A DNA stretch of 35,949 bases from a virus (IMGVR_UViG_3300020735_000006:1-35949); one strand, 5' to 3'. Shown: positions 10,643 through 21,318, counted from the first letter of the stretch. Notes: generated by a model from the letters alone, not told the origin. Translations and numbers: made by a program.

Positions 10643-11046
10643 TGAAAATTACCGAGATTATTACTGAAGCTAATAATACCGATTTGAACAATGACGGAAT
10701 CCCGGATAGTCAGCAAACAGCTACACCGGGATTGCGTAGTCATACAAATTTAGATAACTCTAGTCCGTATCATCCTTGGCGCTATGCTGCATTGTTCTTA
10801 GCCGGTGCCGGCGATAAAAGCGGCGAGTATGAGCATCAACCTGCTAAAGATGGACCAAACGGTCAGTCATTGGTAGCAGCAGCGTATAGCGAAGGTGAAC
10901 GTGCTATTTTAGATCAAGCATCTAAAGCATTTGGCCCTGAAGCAAATTATACTCAACTTACACCAGATGGATCCAGTGAAATTAAAGATGTAAATAGCAC
11001 CAGCCCAATTCGTAAAGTTGGTGCAATTCAGCGTAAATCAAAATAA
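10642..11046 (+). CDS. Hypothetical protein
   Basis: TAATG coupling with both neighbours; MKITEIITE start. Confidence 0.65.
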   Translation: MKITEIITEANNTDLNNDGIPDSQQTATPGLRSHTNLDNSSPYHPWRYAALFLAGAGDKSGEYEHQPAKDGPNGQSLVAAAYSEGERAILDQASKAFGPEANYTQLTPDGSSEIKDVNSTSPIRKVGAIQRKSK

Positions 11047-11438
11047 TGAAACAGTATCGCATTACACAAGCAGACTTTGTATTGTCTGGGGAGTCCGGCG
11101 ATGCGGATGCTATTATGGATGCCCGCGATTTAGCTGAGATTAAAAAATTAGCTGGTATAACAGGTTTGCTAGAAGCAGAAGCAGGTATGTATACTGGACA
11201 AAACACAGTACCACAAGCCAGCGAAGGTGGGATAGTAAGTCCGGTTGGTAGTAACATTAGTACCACAGCAGAAGATCGTCGTGAACTAGAACGTGAATAC
11301 GGCGCACGTCCGGGAACTGATTTATGGTTTATTATTAACTTTACTAAGCCTTACCTTAACGGAAGTCTGCGTAAACACATTGAGGACTATTTAACAAAAC
11401 ATCCTGAGTACCGCATTAAGCCGCATCCAGGCGATTAA
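11046..11438 (+). CDS. Hypothetical protein
   Basis: Translationally coupled ORF. Confidence 0.6.
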   Translation: MKQYRITQADFVLSGESGDADAIMDARDLAEIKKLAGITGLLEAEAGMYTGQNTVPQASEGGIVSPVGSNISTTAEDRRELEREYGARPGTDLWFIINFTKPYLNGSLRKHIEDYLTKHPEYRIKPHPGD

Positions 11439-11965
11439 GCTATACGCTTGTCTAATCCCAGGTATTGATTCCATGAGTTCTGTTTTACGCTAAAGTCCAT
11501 TTTCTTCCATTGATTTACTAAACTATAGTAGTCTGGCTTGTACGGCATAACCCGTGGGCGTATATTAGTCTTATGCCCCTTAGCACTATTGCAACTCTTA
11601 CAACTAGTTGTACAGTTTTCCCAATTAGTCTTACCGCCAAGCATACGTGGAACAACGTGATCAATGGTTAGTTCGTCGTAATCAAATACATCGTCACAGT
11701 ATTGACACTTAAACAAGTCACGCATATATAAGTTATAACGACTAAACTTAACGTGCTTCTTATAGTGGAAATAATCTTTAGTTACGCAGACACTCGGCAC
11801 GTTTATTGCCACCCTTTCGGAATGAATGATCCAATCGGGATATGTTTCAATGACATGAACCCGTCCAAGATACATTAACTTGATAGCGTGTTGCCATCCG
11901 ATAACACTTAGCGGCAATACGCTAATTGGCTCGTAGTTTGAGTTGAGTAGTAAAGTGTCTGACAT
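11435..11965 (-). CDS. HNH endonuclease
   Basis: RDLFKCQYC...TIDHVVPRMLGGKTNWENCTTSCKSCNSAKG canonical HNH with zinc cysteines. Confidence 0.88.
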   Translation of the reverse strand: MSDTLLLNSNYEPISVLPLSVIGWQHAIKLMYLGRVHVIETYPDWIIHSERVAINVPSVCVTKDYFHYKKHVKFSRYNLYMRDLFKCQYCDDVFDYDELTIDHVVPRMLGGKTNWENCTTSCKSCNSAKGHKTNIRPRVMPYKPDYYSLVNQWKKMDFSVKQNSWNQYLGLDKRIA

Positions 11966-12014
11966 TTTTGATAATATAAATAATTATTATACTATATATC
12001 GATATAACCAGTCA

Positions 12015-12602
12015 ATGACAATTAAAAATAAATTAGTAATATACTACCCAGTTGGAGCTCGCGGCGATTTTTTGGCAGCTATTTTGTTAAATGCAAAACC
12101 GCGATTCTTTGATTATAGTATGATACGATATCCACCTGAATTTATTGAAGAATATTATAAATTGCATGATATAGATGCAAATCCACAATCGAGATTTTTT
12201 AAAGGATCGGTAATGGATATAAAACGGAATAGGTCTATTCGAATAAAATTAAATAGTATAGATGATTTTTTAAGTTCTGTTTATTATCGTATGATCAAAG
12301 TTGAAAAGCATACATTAAATTTACCATATGTATTTAAAAAGTTAGTTGATCACGAATTATTTGGAAGACGTATTGATTATAATTTTAAGTATACTGTTAA
12401 TTTCGCTGATTTATTTGATGTAGACTTTTTAAAAGATTTCTATTATACATACAATCAAATAACAATGCCGGATGAATTATTAGCTCCGATTATACACAAT
12501 ATTGGATTACAACCCAGAGTAACAGTTGATAATTATTCCGAATATATAACAGACTTATCCCCGCATACTGTTACCCAAGTTAAAAACAAGATGTGTTTAT
12601 AA
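12015..12602 (+). CDS. Hypothetical accessory protein (YxxGxxGxFL family), start trimmed from 11943
   Basis: AT-rich ORF; N-terminal VIYYPVGARGDFL shared with ORF 24682. Confidence 0.6.
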   Translation: MTIKNKLVIYYPVGARGDFLAAILLNAKPRFFDYSMIRYPPEFIEEYYKLHDIDANPQSRFFKGSVMDIKRNRSIRIKLNSIDDFLSSVYYRMIKVEKHTLNLPYVFKKLVDHELFGRRIDYNFKYTVNFADLFDVDFLKDFYYTYNQITMPDELLAPIIHNIGLQPRVTVDNYSEYITDLSPHTVTQVKNKMCL

Positions 12603-12619
12603 TTACTTAAATACTATAT

Positions 12620-14185
12620 ATGAGTAAAGACCTAGCAACCGCAATTATTAAAACTCCGTATAAGAGTATGTCCTATACTGAGCAACAAATCTTGGAGTTT
12701 GCCAAATGTGCGGACCCAGTAACTGGAGCACGTTACTTTATGAGTAACTACTTCTTTATTCAACATCCAACTAAGGGTAGTATCCAATATCACCCATTTG
12801 AGTATCAAGAACGCTTAATTGATGCATACCATCAAAATCGCTATAGTATATCATTAATGCCACGTCAAACTGGTAAGAGTACAAGTGCAGCGGGTTACTT
12901 GTTGTGGTATGCAATGTTTGTTCCAGATAGTACTATTTTGGTCGCGGCGCACAAATATATTGGTGCACAAGAGATTATGCAACGTGTACGCTATGCGTAT
13001 GAGAACTGCCCAGACTTTATACGAGCAGGAGTGACAAGTTATAACAAAGGATCGTTAGACTTTGAAAACGGTTCACGTATTGTATCACAAACAACAACCG
13101 AAAACACAGGGCGTGGTATGTCTATATCACTACTATATTGTGATGAGTTTGCGTTCGTTCGCCCCACTATTGCATCAGAGTTCTGGACTGCAATTACACC
13201 TACATTAGCAACTGGTGGTAAATGTATTATTACATCAACTCCAAACTCAGACGAAGATCAGTTTGCACAAATCTGGCGTCAAGCTAATAATTGTTTTGAT
13301 GAATACGGTAATTCTACTCCTTTAGGTAAAAATGGATTTAAAGCATTCCGTAGTCAGTGGCAAGAACATCCAGACCGGGACGAGCAATGGGCAAGAGAAA
13401 TGCTTGCCCAATTAGGCGAAGAACGTTTCCGTCGTGAGATGGAATGTGAGTTTATTATCTTTGATGAAACGTTGATTAATCCATTACACTTAGCTGAAAT
13501 GGCTGGAATTGATCCTATAGAGAAACAAGGACAAATACGTTGGTATAAAAAGCCAGAACGTAATAAAACTTACGTAGTTGCATTAGATCCAAGTTTAGGC
13601 ACGGGGTCAGATCCTGCGGCTATACAGGTATTTGAGTTACCCGGGCTTAAACAAGTAGCAGAATGGAGTCATAATAAAACAATCGTACAACGACAAATCG
13701 TTATTATGAAAGAGATATGTGGTTACCTAGCAGATGTAGCTGGTAACACAAACGTATATTACTCTGTAGAAAACAATACATTGGGCGAAGCAGCATTGGT
13801 TGTTATTGCACAAATGGGTGAAGAAAATATTCCAGGTACATTCTTAAGTGAACCTCGTTCCGCTGGTGGTGGTGGAACACGTTGGCGAAAGGGATTTAAT
13901 ACAACTAACAAATCTAAGTTAAGTGCTTGTGCTAAGTTCAAAAGTTTGATTGAAACACGTAGACTAATAATCGCTAGTAAAATGTTAGTCAGTGAGCTAA
14001 AGAATTTTATTGCTGTTGGCGGAAGCTATAAAGCTAAAATTGGTGAGCATGATGATTTAGTTATGAGTTCGTTATTGGCAATCAGAATGATTATGATGGT
14101 ACAACAATTTGATGCTAGTTTAGATATGGAACTAAAAGATACTATAGATAACTTTATAGAGCCGATGCCTTTTATAATGTTCTAA
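12620..14185 (+). CDS. gp17: Terminase large subunit
   Basis: Walker A PRQTGKS, Walker B LLYCDEFAF, ITSTPN coupling motif, RNase H-like ALDPSLG and HDDLVM. Confidence 0.95.
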   Translation: MSKDLATAIIKTPYKSMSYTEQQILEFAKCADPVTGARYFMSNYFFIQHPTKGSIQYHPFEYQERLIDAYHQNRYSISLMPRQTGKSTSAAGYLLWYAMFVPDSTILVAAHKYIGAQEIMQRVRYAYENCPDFIRAGVTSYNKGSLDFENGSRIVSQTTTENTGRGMSISLLYCDEFAFVRPTIASEFWTAITPTLATGGKCIITSTPNSDEDQFAQIWRQANNCFDEYGNSTPLGKNGFKAFRSQWQEHPDRDEQWAREMLAQLGEERFRREMECEFIIFDETLINPLHLAEMAGIDPIEKQGQIRWYKKPERNKTYVVALDPSLGTGSDPAAIQVFELPGLKQVAEWSHNKTIVQRQIVIMKEICGYLADVAGNTNVYYSVENNTLGEAALVVIAQMGEENIPGTFLSEPRSAGGGGTRWRKGFNTTNKSKLSACAKFKSLIETRRLIIASKMLVSELKNFIAVGGSYKAKIGEHDDLVMSSLLAIRMIMMVQQFDASLDMELKDTIDNFIEPMPFIMF

Positions 14186-14186
14186 T

Positions 14187-14756
14187 ATGAAAATAACGCC
14201 GGTAGACCGATATAATAGAATATTTCATATTGAGGATATATTTCCAAAAGAGCTATTAGATACAGTAATAGCACTAGATTGGTCAAATATGGACTGGAAG
14301 CGTGGTGACGCACAAGAAAATTGGTTACGACGTCATATAGAGTGCGATGCCAATCCTGCTTTACAAACGGTAGTAAATTATATATGGGATTCGATAACAG
14401 AAATAAGCAATATCTGCGGAGTTGCGTTTACTAATCCATATCCTCCAACTTGGTGGTGGTACGATGAACCGGGGTTTGATGTGGGTATCCACACCGATGG
14501 GCACTTACCTGCGACAATGCAGTTATTTTGGATAGCACTTGATGATTCGTATGCAACAACATTTTATAATTCGAAGAATCCCAGTGATCCGATGACCAAT
14601 CTAAGATTTATTCCAAATTCGGGATATATAATGTTAAATCAACCTAATGCAGACGGATCGCAACCATTACAATGGCATGGTATGTTAAATAAAGTACCAA
14701 TTGACACTTTTAGGCTTACTAGTTATACCACATTAGGCACTTACGAGAATAAATAG
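14187..14756 (+). CDS. Hypothetical protein, possible 2OG-Fe(II) oxygenase fold
   Basis: IHTDG (HxD), distal WHG and a C-terminal R in expected order. Confidence 0.5.
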   Translation: MKITPVDRYNRIFHIEDIFPKELLDTVIALDWSNMDWKRGDAQENWLRRHIECDANPALQTVVNYIWDSITEISNICGVAFTNPYPPTWWWYDEPGFDVGIHTDGHLPATMQLFWIALDDSYATTFYNSKNPSDPMTNLRFIPNSGYIMLNQPNADGSQPLQWHGMLNKVPIDTFRLTSYTTLGTYENK

Positions 14757-14760
14757 TATT

Positions 14761-16161
14761 ATGAAAGAAATTGAATCCATCTCTACTGCATTATTTGACA
14801 AAGTACGCTCACGCTTCCCTAATGTGACGTTAGGCGACGAAAAAGCTAAAGCATGTACTGATCCCTCTGAAGCACGTTTTTTTAATTTTACATACAGCGG
14901 TGCAGATGGTGCAGAGTTTGGTAAAGTAACTATTAGTTTAATCGACGAAGAATCTGTAAAAGTATATTTTGGGCAAAACATCTCTGGCGAGATGGACCGC
15001 GAACAACGCAAAGAATGGTATGAATTTTTACGTAATTTAAGACAGTTTGCAAAACGCAATTTACTTACATTTGATACACGTGATATCAACAAATCTAATT
15101 TACAGTTGCAAGATATTAAACAACAAGCAAAAACAGATGATGTAGCTACAATTGACGACGTCGCTGTTACGGAAAGTAAATTATATGGTACTAGTCGTAA
15201 CAGTTATGCTGATATGGGCGAGTGCAAGTTAATTATTAAACACGATGGGTTAGTCAGCGACGAAAAACGTGGCGATCGTAGTCGTAGAATTAAAGAAATA
15301 TTTGTAGAAACAAGCAAAGGCGAGAGACTGTTATGCCCCACTAAAAATCTACATGCGGCTAGAGCATTAGCACAAAATATTGCACATGGCGGCAACATGT
15401 ATGACGAACATGCTACTCATATTTGTGAGTTAGTTAAAGAAATGGCAGCAATGCAACATTTTGTTCGTAGTACTAAAAACCGTCAATTTGAAGATCAAGA
15501 AACAGCAGATATGACACATGCGGCTGTCCATCATTATGATCAAGTTAAACGTACACTACGTCAAATGCGCGGCGCTCGTGGTTATCGCAGTTACTTTGAA
15601 ACATTCAGTCCAGCAGAAAATCCTCTGGAAGGTATTGATGTTGATGCACTAAAAGAACGATTTGTTAAGAAAATATACGATCAGCGTTTTGATGAAGCAT
15701 TGCCATACGTAGAACGTGCATATCAACAACAAAAAGCTAGTGCCGGTCAAGCTGGATCTGAGTTAGAGGAGTGGGCAAACAGCGTCACTGAATCAACTTG
15801 GGCTAAACCGGATAATGCTGATAAAATTCGTGCATTAGTTGAATTGTTAAAAACATCATTGACCTGTGGAATTGATGGAATCGATGCACAAACTAAAATT
15901 GAACCGATTATTGGCGATGACGATTTAAATGATCAAATTTTTAATTTAAGTGTAGCACAAGGCCCTGATGCAGATTGTCGTCCGTTAGTCAAAGCATGGT
16001 TAGTACAAACCATGCCGGGATTATTAAAAGAATTAGAATTTGGTAAGAAAAATTCGCAAGACGGGCAAACCAATTGGGAACCACAAACAAGTCCACAACA
16101 AGATAATCATAATTATGGATCACAACCGAGCGGCACCAATGTTTCGAACATAACTTATTAA
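14761..16161 (+). CDS. Hypothetical protein
   Basis: 466 aa ORF after AATAAATA motif at 14748. Confidence 0.65.
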   Translation: MKEIESISTALFDKVRSRFPNVTLGDEKAKACTDPSEARFFNFTYSGADGAEFGKVTISLIDEESVKVYFGQNISGEMDREQRKEWYEFLRNLRQFAKRNLLTFDTRDINKSNLQLQDIKQQAKTDDVATIDDVAVTESKLYGTSRNSYADMGECKLIIKHDGLVSDEKRGDRSRRIKEIFVETSKGERLLCPTKNLHAARALAQNIAHGGNMYDEHATHICELVKEMAAMQHFVRSTKNRQFEDQETADMTHAAVHHYDQVKRTLRQMRGARGYRSYFETFSPAENPLEGIDVDALKERFVKKIYDQRFDEALPYVERAYQQQKASAGQAGSELEEWANSVTESTWAKPDNADKIRALVELLKTSLTCGIDGIDAQTKIEPIIGDDDLNDQIFNLSVAQGPDADCRPLVKAWLVQTMPGLLKELEFGKKNSQDGQTNWEPQTSPQQDNHNYGSQPSGTNVSNITY

Positions 16162-16193
16162 TTGTGTTTGGTAATAAAGTTTAAAAATAGTAT

Positions 16194-16223
16194 TTGACTT
16201 CATAAATACAAATGTTATATACT
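16194..16223 (+). promoter_or_regulatory. Sigma70-type promoter of ssb-uvsX
   Basis: TTGACT-18 nt-TATACT; contains CATAAATA late motif (16201) in the spacer. Confidence 0.55.
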
Positions 16224-16288
16224 AGCAGGGTGCTAGTAAATATCTAGGCATGTAGTAAATTAAGACCATCTTATAAAGGAAAAACATC

Positions 16289-17287
16289 ATGGCAACAACA
16301 TTAGCAGAAATTCGCGCAAAATTAGCAGCAACAGAAAATCGCGGTCAAGGTAACAAACAATCGGGTGGCGACAACGCTATCTATCCACATTGGAACATCG
16401 CAGAAGGCTCCACAGCTCGCGTTCGCTTCCTACCAGACGGTAATACAAAAAATTCATTCTTTTGGGCAGAACGTGCAATGATCAAATTGCCATTTGCAGG
16501 CGTTAAAGGCCAATCAGATAGTAAGCCAGTCATTGTTCAAGTTCCATGTATGGAAATGTATGGTGCGGCTTGCCCAATCCTTGCAGAAGTTCGTCCATGG
16601 TTTAAAGATCCTTCTTTAGAAGAAATGGGTCGTAAGTACTGGAAGAAGAAGTCTTATGTATTCCAAGGCTTTGTACGTGAAAACGCACTAAGTGACGATA
16701 AAGCACCAGCGAATCCAATTCGTCGCTTTACAATCAGTCCACAAATTTTTAACATCATCAAAGCAGCTTTAATGGATCCAGAAATGGAAGAATTGCCAAC
16801 TGACTTGCAACGTGGTTTGGATTTCCAAATCATCAAAACAAGTAAAGGTGGCTACGCAGACTATAGCACAAGTAAATGGGCTCGTAAAGAATCTGCATTA
16901 ACAGCAGAAGAACAAGCGGCAATTGACGAACATGGTTTGTTCAACTTGTCAGACTTCTTGCCAAAACAACCAACAGAAGCAGACCTTAAAGTAATTAAGG
17001 AAATGTTTGAAGCTTCGGTTGATGGCCAGCCATATGATGGCGAGCGTTGGGGTAACTACTACAAACCATACGGGTTAGATGTAGGCAATGCGGCTCCTAA
17101 AGCAGATTCTGCTCCAGTAGCAAGTGCACCTGCGCCAGTCGCAGAAGCAACCACTCCGAGTCCTTTTGTCGGCGACGAAGATGACGAAGTACCTGCCCCG
17201 ACTGCGCCTGTAGCGGCAGCACCGGCAGCATCGAGTCAAAAAGCTGAAGATATTTTAGCAATGATCCGTAACCGTCAGAAACAGTAA
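16289..17287 (+). CDS. gp32: Single-stranded DNA-binding protein (T4 gp32-like)
   Basis: VRFLPDG, VQVPCMEMYGAACPI, RKYWKKKSY, GYADYSTSKW, acidic/Ala-Pro tail; directly before UvsX. Confidence 0.85.
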   Translation: MATTLAEIRAKLAATENRGQGNKQSGGDNAIYPHWNIAEGSTARVRFLPDGNTKNSFFWAERAMIKLPFAGVKGQSDSKPVIVQVPCMEMYGAACPILAEVRPWFKDPSLEEMGRKYWKKKSYVFQGFVRENALSDDKAPANPIRRFTISPQIFNIIKAALMDPEMEELPTDLQRGLDFQIIKTSKGGYADYSTSKWARKESALTAEEQAAIDEHGLFNLSDFLPKQPTEADLKVIKEMFEASVDGQPYDGERWGNYYKPYGLDVGNAAPKADSAPVASAPAPVAEATTPSPFVGDEDDEVPAPTAPVAAAPAASSQKAEDILAMIRNRQKQ

Positions 17288-17298
17288 TAAGCTCGCAT

Positions 17299-17329
17299 GG
17301 GTAGGGGTCAGATGATCTCTACCCCTTTT
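17299..17329 (+). terminator. Hairpin/terminator between ssb and uvsX
   Basis: GGGTAGGGGTC/GATCTCTACCC stem (with G-U) followed by CTTTT. Confidence 0.55.
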
Positions 17330-17348
17330 AATTTAAAGGATTTCAATC

Positions 17349-18449
17349 ATGGCAACAAAACCATTTGACGTATCAAAGTTTCGCAAAAGTATTACAAAAA
17401 GTATTGACGGTATTAGCGTTGGCTTTAACGATCCTAGCGATTGGATCTCAACAAACAATTACGCACTAAACTATTTGATCAGTGGCGACTTTAACAAAGG
17501 TGTTCCACTAGGTAAAGTTACTGTGTTTGCTGGAGAGTCCGGCGCAGGTAAATCATTCATTTGTTCGGGCAACTTAGTAGCTAATGCACAAAAGGATGGC
17601 ATCTATGTTATCTTAATTGATTCAGAAAACGCACTCGATGAGAAGTGGCTACATGCACTTAATGTAGATACGTCGGAAGATAAGTTACTTAAACTTAACA
17701 TGGCAATGATCGACGATGTGGCTAAAATGATTAGTGAGTTTGTTAAAGAATATAAAACATTGCCAGAAGCAGATCGCCCTAAAGTCTTATTTGTAGTTGA
17801 CTCACTTGGCATGTTACTTACACCAACAGACGTTAACCAATTTGAAGCAGGCGATATGAAGGGCGACATGGGTCGTAAACCTAAAGCATTAGCCGCATTA
17901 GTTCGTAACTGTGTAAACATGTTTGGTAACTTAAATCTAGGTTTAGTATGTACAGCACACACATACGCATCACAGGACATGTTTGATCCCGATGACAAGA
18001 TCTCAGGCGGACAGGGTTTTATCTATGCTAGTTCTATCGTTGTAGCTATGCGTAAGTTAAAGTTAAAAGAAGATGAAGATGGTAACAAGGTGTCAGAAGT
18101 TAACGGTATCCGTGCGGCATGTAAGATTATGAAAACTCGTTACGCTAAACCGTTTGAGTCAGTACAGGTTAAGATCCCTTATGAAACAGGTATGAATCCT
18201 TACTCTGGTTTAGTAGACATGTTTGAAGGCAAAGACATGCTGAAAAAAGAAGGTAACAGTTTAGTGTATACTATTACTGGCGGAGAGATTATCAAGAAGT
18301 TCCGTAAAGCATGGGAACGTAATGATGACAACTGTTTAGATAAAGTAATGGCAGACTTCATTGCTAACCCACACCAAAAAGTTATTCCAGTAGCAGAAGT
18401 AGTTGATAATGAAACTGGAGAAATCACAGCAGAGGAAGTAGCAGAATGA
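17349..18449 (+). CDS. uvsX: RecA-like recombinase UvsX
   Basis: Walker A GESGAGKS, ILIDSENA, FVVDSLG, ISGGQG, KTRY motifs. Confidence 0.92.
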   Translation: MATKPFDVSKFRKSITKSIDGISVGFNDPSDWISTNNYALNYLISGDFNKGVPLGKVTVFAGESGAGKSFICSGNLVANAQKDGIYVILIDSENALDEKWLHALNVDTSEDKLLKLNMAMIDDVAKMISEFVKEYKTLPEADRPKVLFVVDSLGMLLTPTDVNQFEAGDMKGDMGRKPKALAALVRNCVNMFGNLNLGLVCTAHTYASQDMFDPDDKISGGQGFIYASSIVVAMRKLKLKEDEDGNKVSEVNGIRAACKIMKTRYAKPFESVQVKIPYETGMNPYSGLVDMFEGKDMLKKEGNSLVYTITGGEIIKKFRKAWERNDDNCLDKVMADFIANPHQKVIPVAEVVDNETGEITAEEVAE

Positions 18450-18712
18450 ATACAATAGAAAACAAAGATGGATTGTACAATTTAATCGGGATTCCCGAAA
18501 CTGGTGTCTTGTGCGCTAATCCAGAAGATATTATCATAGTTCACGTTGATCCAGAAAATACGCCAGAGCAAATGCATGAGTATGCTAAAAAAATCATTGC
18601 AGTATTGCCTACTAATAAAATTGTAGTCCTGCCTAAGAATGTATTAATTTCAACATTTCCGGCAGATATGGGTAATGGCGTATATGTTGCACAAGTATTG
18701 GAGACAGAATGA
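18446..18712 (+). CDS. Hypothetical protein
   Basis: ATGA overlap with both neighbours. Confidence 0.55.
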   Translation: MNTIENKDGLYNLIGIPETGVLCANPEDIIIVHVDPENTPEQMHEYAKKIIAVLPTNKIVVLPKNVLISTFPADMGNGVYVAQVLETE

Positions 18713-18939
18713 ATATCGACGTAGAAGTTCTTAGCGAACTATATACTATTATGAAACAGTACGTTCCTGCAAAGGATCGCCAGGAATGTGCCGATAACTT
18801 AATGAGCGTTATGGTTGATATGTTAGGTGACCAAGAGCTTAAAGAGTTTGGCACTACTGATGCAACACTAAAGAAAGCTCTTAAAGAGTACTCTACAGAT
18901 GATGACGACATTGAAGATGTTGATGGGGAAGAGTGGTAA
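18709..18939 (+). CDS. Hypothetical acidic protein
   Basis: Coupled ORF between uvsX and uvsY. Confidence 0.6.
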   Translation: MNIDVEVLSELYTIMKQYVPAKDRQECADNLMSVMVDMLGDQELKEFGTTDATLKKALKEYSTDDDDIEDVDGEEW

Positions 18940-18942
18940 TCT

Positions 18943-19398
18943 GTGTGGTATAATAAGGTAGTACGCAACCTTGGTGAGATTCCTGCATTCATTGAATATT
19001 ATGAGCGGGAATTAGTTGCGGCTCGGGCAGATGTTAAAATACAAGGCAAAGTTGAAAAAGAATTAAGCAACTTACCTGGCGAAACAGAGTATCGTTTTAA
19101 TCAATTGCAAGAAATTGAAGCAGTACTAGAGCATCTTAATATACAGTTACGTAAGATTAGGCAGAAGCACTATAAAAAGTATTTAGAAGCATACGCAAGA
19201 GCATTAACAAGTCGTGATGCTGAAAAGTATGCTGAAGCCGAAGACGAAGTTATTGATATGGAAACAATCATCAACGAAGTAGCACTATTACGCAACAAAT
19301 GGCTAGGTGTCATGAAAGGTATTGAGTCAAAGAACTTTATGCTGGGACATGTAGTTCGGTTAAGAACAGCAGGAATGGAAGATATTACGGTATCATGA
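18943..19398 (+). CDS. uvsY: Recombination mediator UvsY
   Basis: Helical 151 aa; YKKYLEAYARALTSRDAEKY, GVMKGIESKNFML and RLRTAG; near uvsX. Confidence 0.78.
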   Translation: MWYNKVVRNLGEIPAFIEYYERELVAARADVKIQGKVEKELSNLPGETEYRFNQLQEIEAVLEHLNIQLRKIRQKHYKKYLEAYARALTSRDAEKYAEAEDEVIDMETIINEVALLRNKWLGVMKGIESKNFMLGHVVRLRTAGMEDITVS

Positions 19399-20321
19399 AA
19401 ATTTTATGTACACGAAGTAACGAACACGAAACTGATCACTTATCAGATATGTTAATACACGGATTTGCCAGTCTAGGACACGAAGTTGTTGATGCTCCTA
19501 GAATTTGGCATATCTATAACGATGGACAGTTAGGCCCAAACGGCAAAGAACGTAAAACATTACACGGCCGCGGGTTTACATTAACTAGTGTCATTGACAC
19601 CGATAGTGCCGACCGTACAGATATAGAAACTAAGATTCGTAATCAATACTTTGATGTTATTGTGCTAAGTCGTGCAGACTTTAAAAGTGAATACGAAGAT
19701 TTAATTCTTGAGGTATATCCTAAGAGCAAGATTATTATCATTGATGGCAAAGATCAAGGCGACTTAACGCACTATAGAAATCACATACATTTAGTTGATG
19801 CTGGCACTTACTTTAAACGTGAACTATACTTCAACGATGCTAGAATACATCCTATTAGTTTTAGCTTTCCTAAACAAAAGATTGTTGACTGTACAGGTAT
19901 TGCAAAAGAAAAAATAATGTCGGGCGCAAAACCTATTCCCGGGAGTGACCAAACAAAGTATACGTTTGATAATGAAGTTGATTATTATCGGGATTATGCT
20001 AGTAGTTACTTTGGCGAAACTATGCAAAAGGGCGGATGGGATTGCCAACGCCACTACGAAATTATGGCCTCGGGTGCAGTTCCAATTTTCCACGGAATAG
20101 AACATTGCCCGCCTAACACTTGTGCCAGTTTACCTAAAGATTTGCTATTGGCAGTAAATGGATTAGTAACTGAACATGGGGTAGAATGGTTTACTACAGA
20201 GCCCGGTTTAACTGTATATAATGAATTACAACGTCAAATATTTGATCACTTTATTAATAATTGTACATCGGAAGCAACAGCTAAGTACGTATTAGACACC
20301 CACAAAAATCAAAATCAATGA
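19395..20321 (+). CDS. Glycosyltransferase-like hypothetical protein
   Basis: IIIDGKD, YFKREL, GGWDCQRHYEIMASGAVP resemble GT-B-like phage proteins. Confidence 0.5.
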   Translation: MKILCTRSNEHETDHLSDMLIHGFASLGHEVVDAPRIWHIYNDGQLGPNGKERKTLHGRGFTLTSVIDTDSADRTDIETKIRNQYFDVIVLSRADFKSEYEDLILEVYPKSKIIIIDGKDQGDLTHYRNHIHLVDAGTYFKRELYFNDARIHPISFSFPKQKIVDCTGIAKEKIMSGAKPIPGSDQTKYTFDNEVDYYRDYASSYFGETMQKGGWDCQRHYEIMASGAVPIFHGIEHCPPNTCASLPKDLLLAVNGLVTEHGVEWFTTEPGLTVYNELQRQIFDHFINNCTSEATAKYVLDTHKNQNQ

Positions 20322-20572
20322 CAGACTGGAAGCAACGAGCTACTGAATTACTAGAAGAGTTTGATCTTTGCTGTCAGGCAAAGCCTAAACACGATGCAAT
20401 TGATATACAATTAGAAAAAGATAGTTGTGCTAAGTTTGCCTATCACCTGGCTACTCAGCGTGGATGGGGAACAGACAATGAAATTGCTAAAGCATGTTAC
20501 CAACTTGAACCTAGACTTAATAAATTAAAAGAAAAATTAGTAATGGAAATATTAACCAATGGCCCTGTTTAA
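20318..20572 (+). CDS. Hypothetical protein
   Basis: Overlapping start/stop with neighbours. Confidence 0.55.
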   Translation: MTDWKQRATELLEEFDLCCQAKPKHDAIDIQLEKDSCAKFAYHLATQRGWGTDNEIAKACYQLEPRLNKLKEKLVMEILTNGPV

Positions 20573-21317
20573 AAATCCACAGGAAAGCCACGAACACAGC
20601 TTAAAAGTATTAAACGCTATAAGGGAATACGATACATTCTTAGAAAGTCTTACTGTTATTGCCGATATGGGCGCCGGTAGCGGTCTTGACGCAGAATGGT
20701 TTGCTACATTAACTACTAGAGATGATACCCCCGAACCACTTAATTATATTGTATATGCAGTTGACCAAAATATAAGTCAACTTGAAGTAGATACTCGAGT
20801 AATTAAAAATATTATACTACAAGAAGGAAACTTTGAAGATCGTATAATTCCACGCACAGCCGATTTAATATGGTCACACGATAGTTTTCAATTTGCACGT
20901 GATCCATTTAAAACATTAGCAACATGGAAAAACTCAATGAGTGTTAATGGTATGTTAATATTAAGTATACCACAAACTACATATTGGGATAGTAGAATTG
21001 GTCGATTAGTGGTTAGTGTTCATAATGGTCAATACTTCAGTTATAATTTACTTAACTTGATGTATATGTTAGCTATATCGGGATTTGACGCCAGAGATGC
21101 GTTCTTTTATCGTGACCCTGATAGTCCCTGGTTATATGCGGCTGTATATGCTAGTGAAGAAGGACCATTAGACAAGAACACAACGTGGTATGATTTAGCA
21201 GATCGTAATTTAATCAATGATAGCGTTATATCCAGTGTAAACAAATATGGATACGCTAGACTAGAAGATGTTGTAGTCAGATGGTTTGACAAAAATTATT
21301 ATCAAATAAACAACTAA
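20559..21317 (+). CDS. SAM-dependent methyltransferase
   Basis: Motif I VIADMGAGSG, YAVD, ADLIWSHDSFQF, NGMLIL. Confidence 0.75.
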   Translation: MALFKNPQESHEHSLKVLNAIREYDTFLESLTVIADMGAGSGLDAEWFATLTTRDDTPEPLNYIVYAVDQNISQLEVDTRVIKNIILQEGNFEDRIIPRTADLIWSHDSFQFARDPFKTLATWKNSMSVNGMLILSIPQTTYWDSRIGRLVVSVHNGQYFSYNLLNLMYMLAISGFDARDAFFYRDPDSPWLYAAVYASEEGPLDKNTTWYDLADRNLINDSVISSVNKYGYARLEDVVVRWFDKNYYQINN

Positions 21318-21318
21318 T

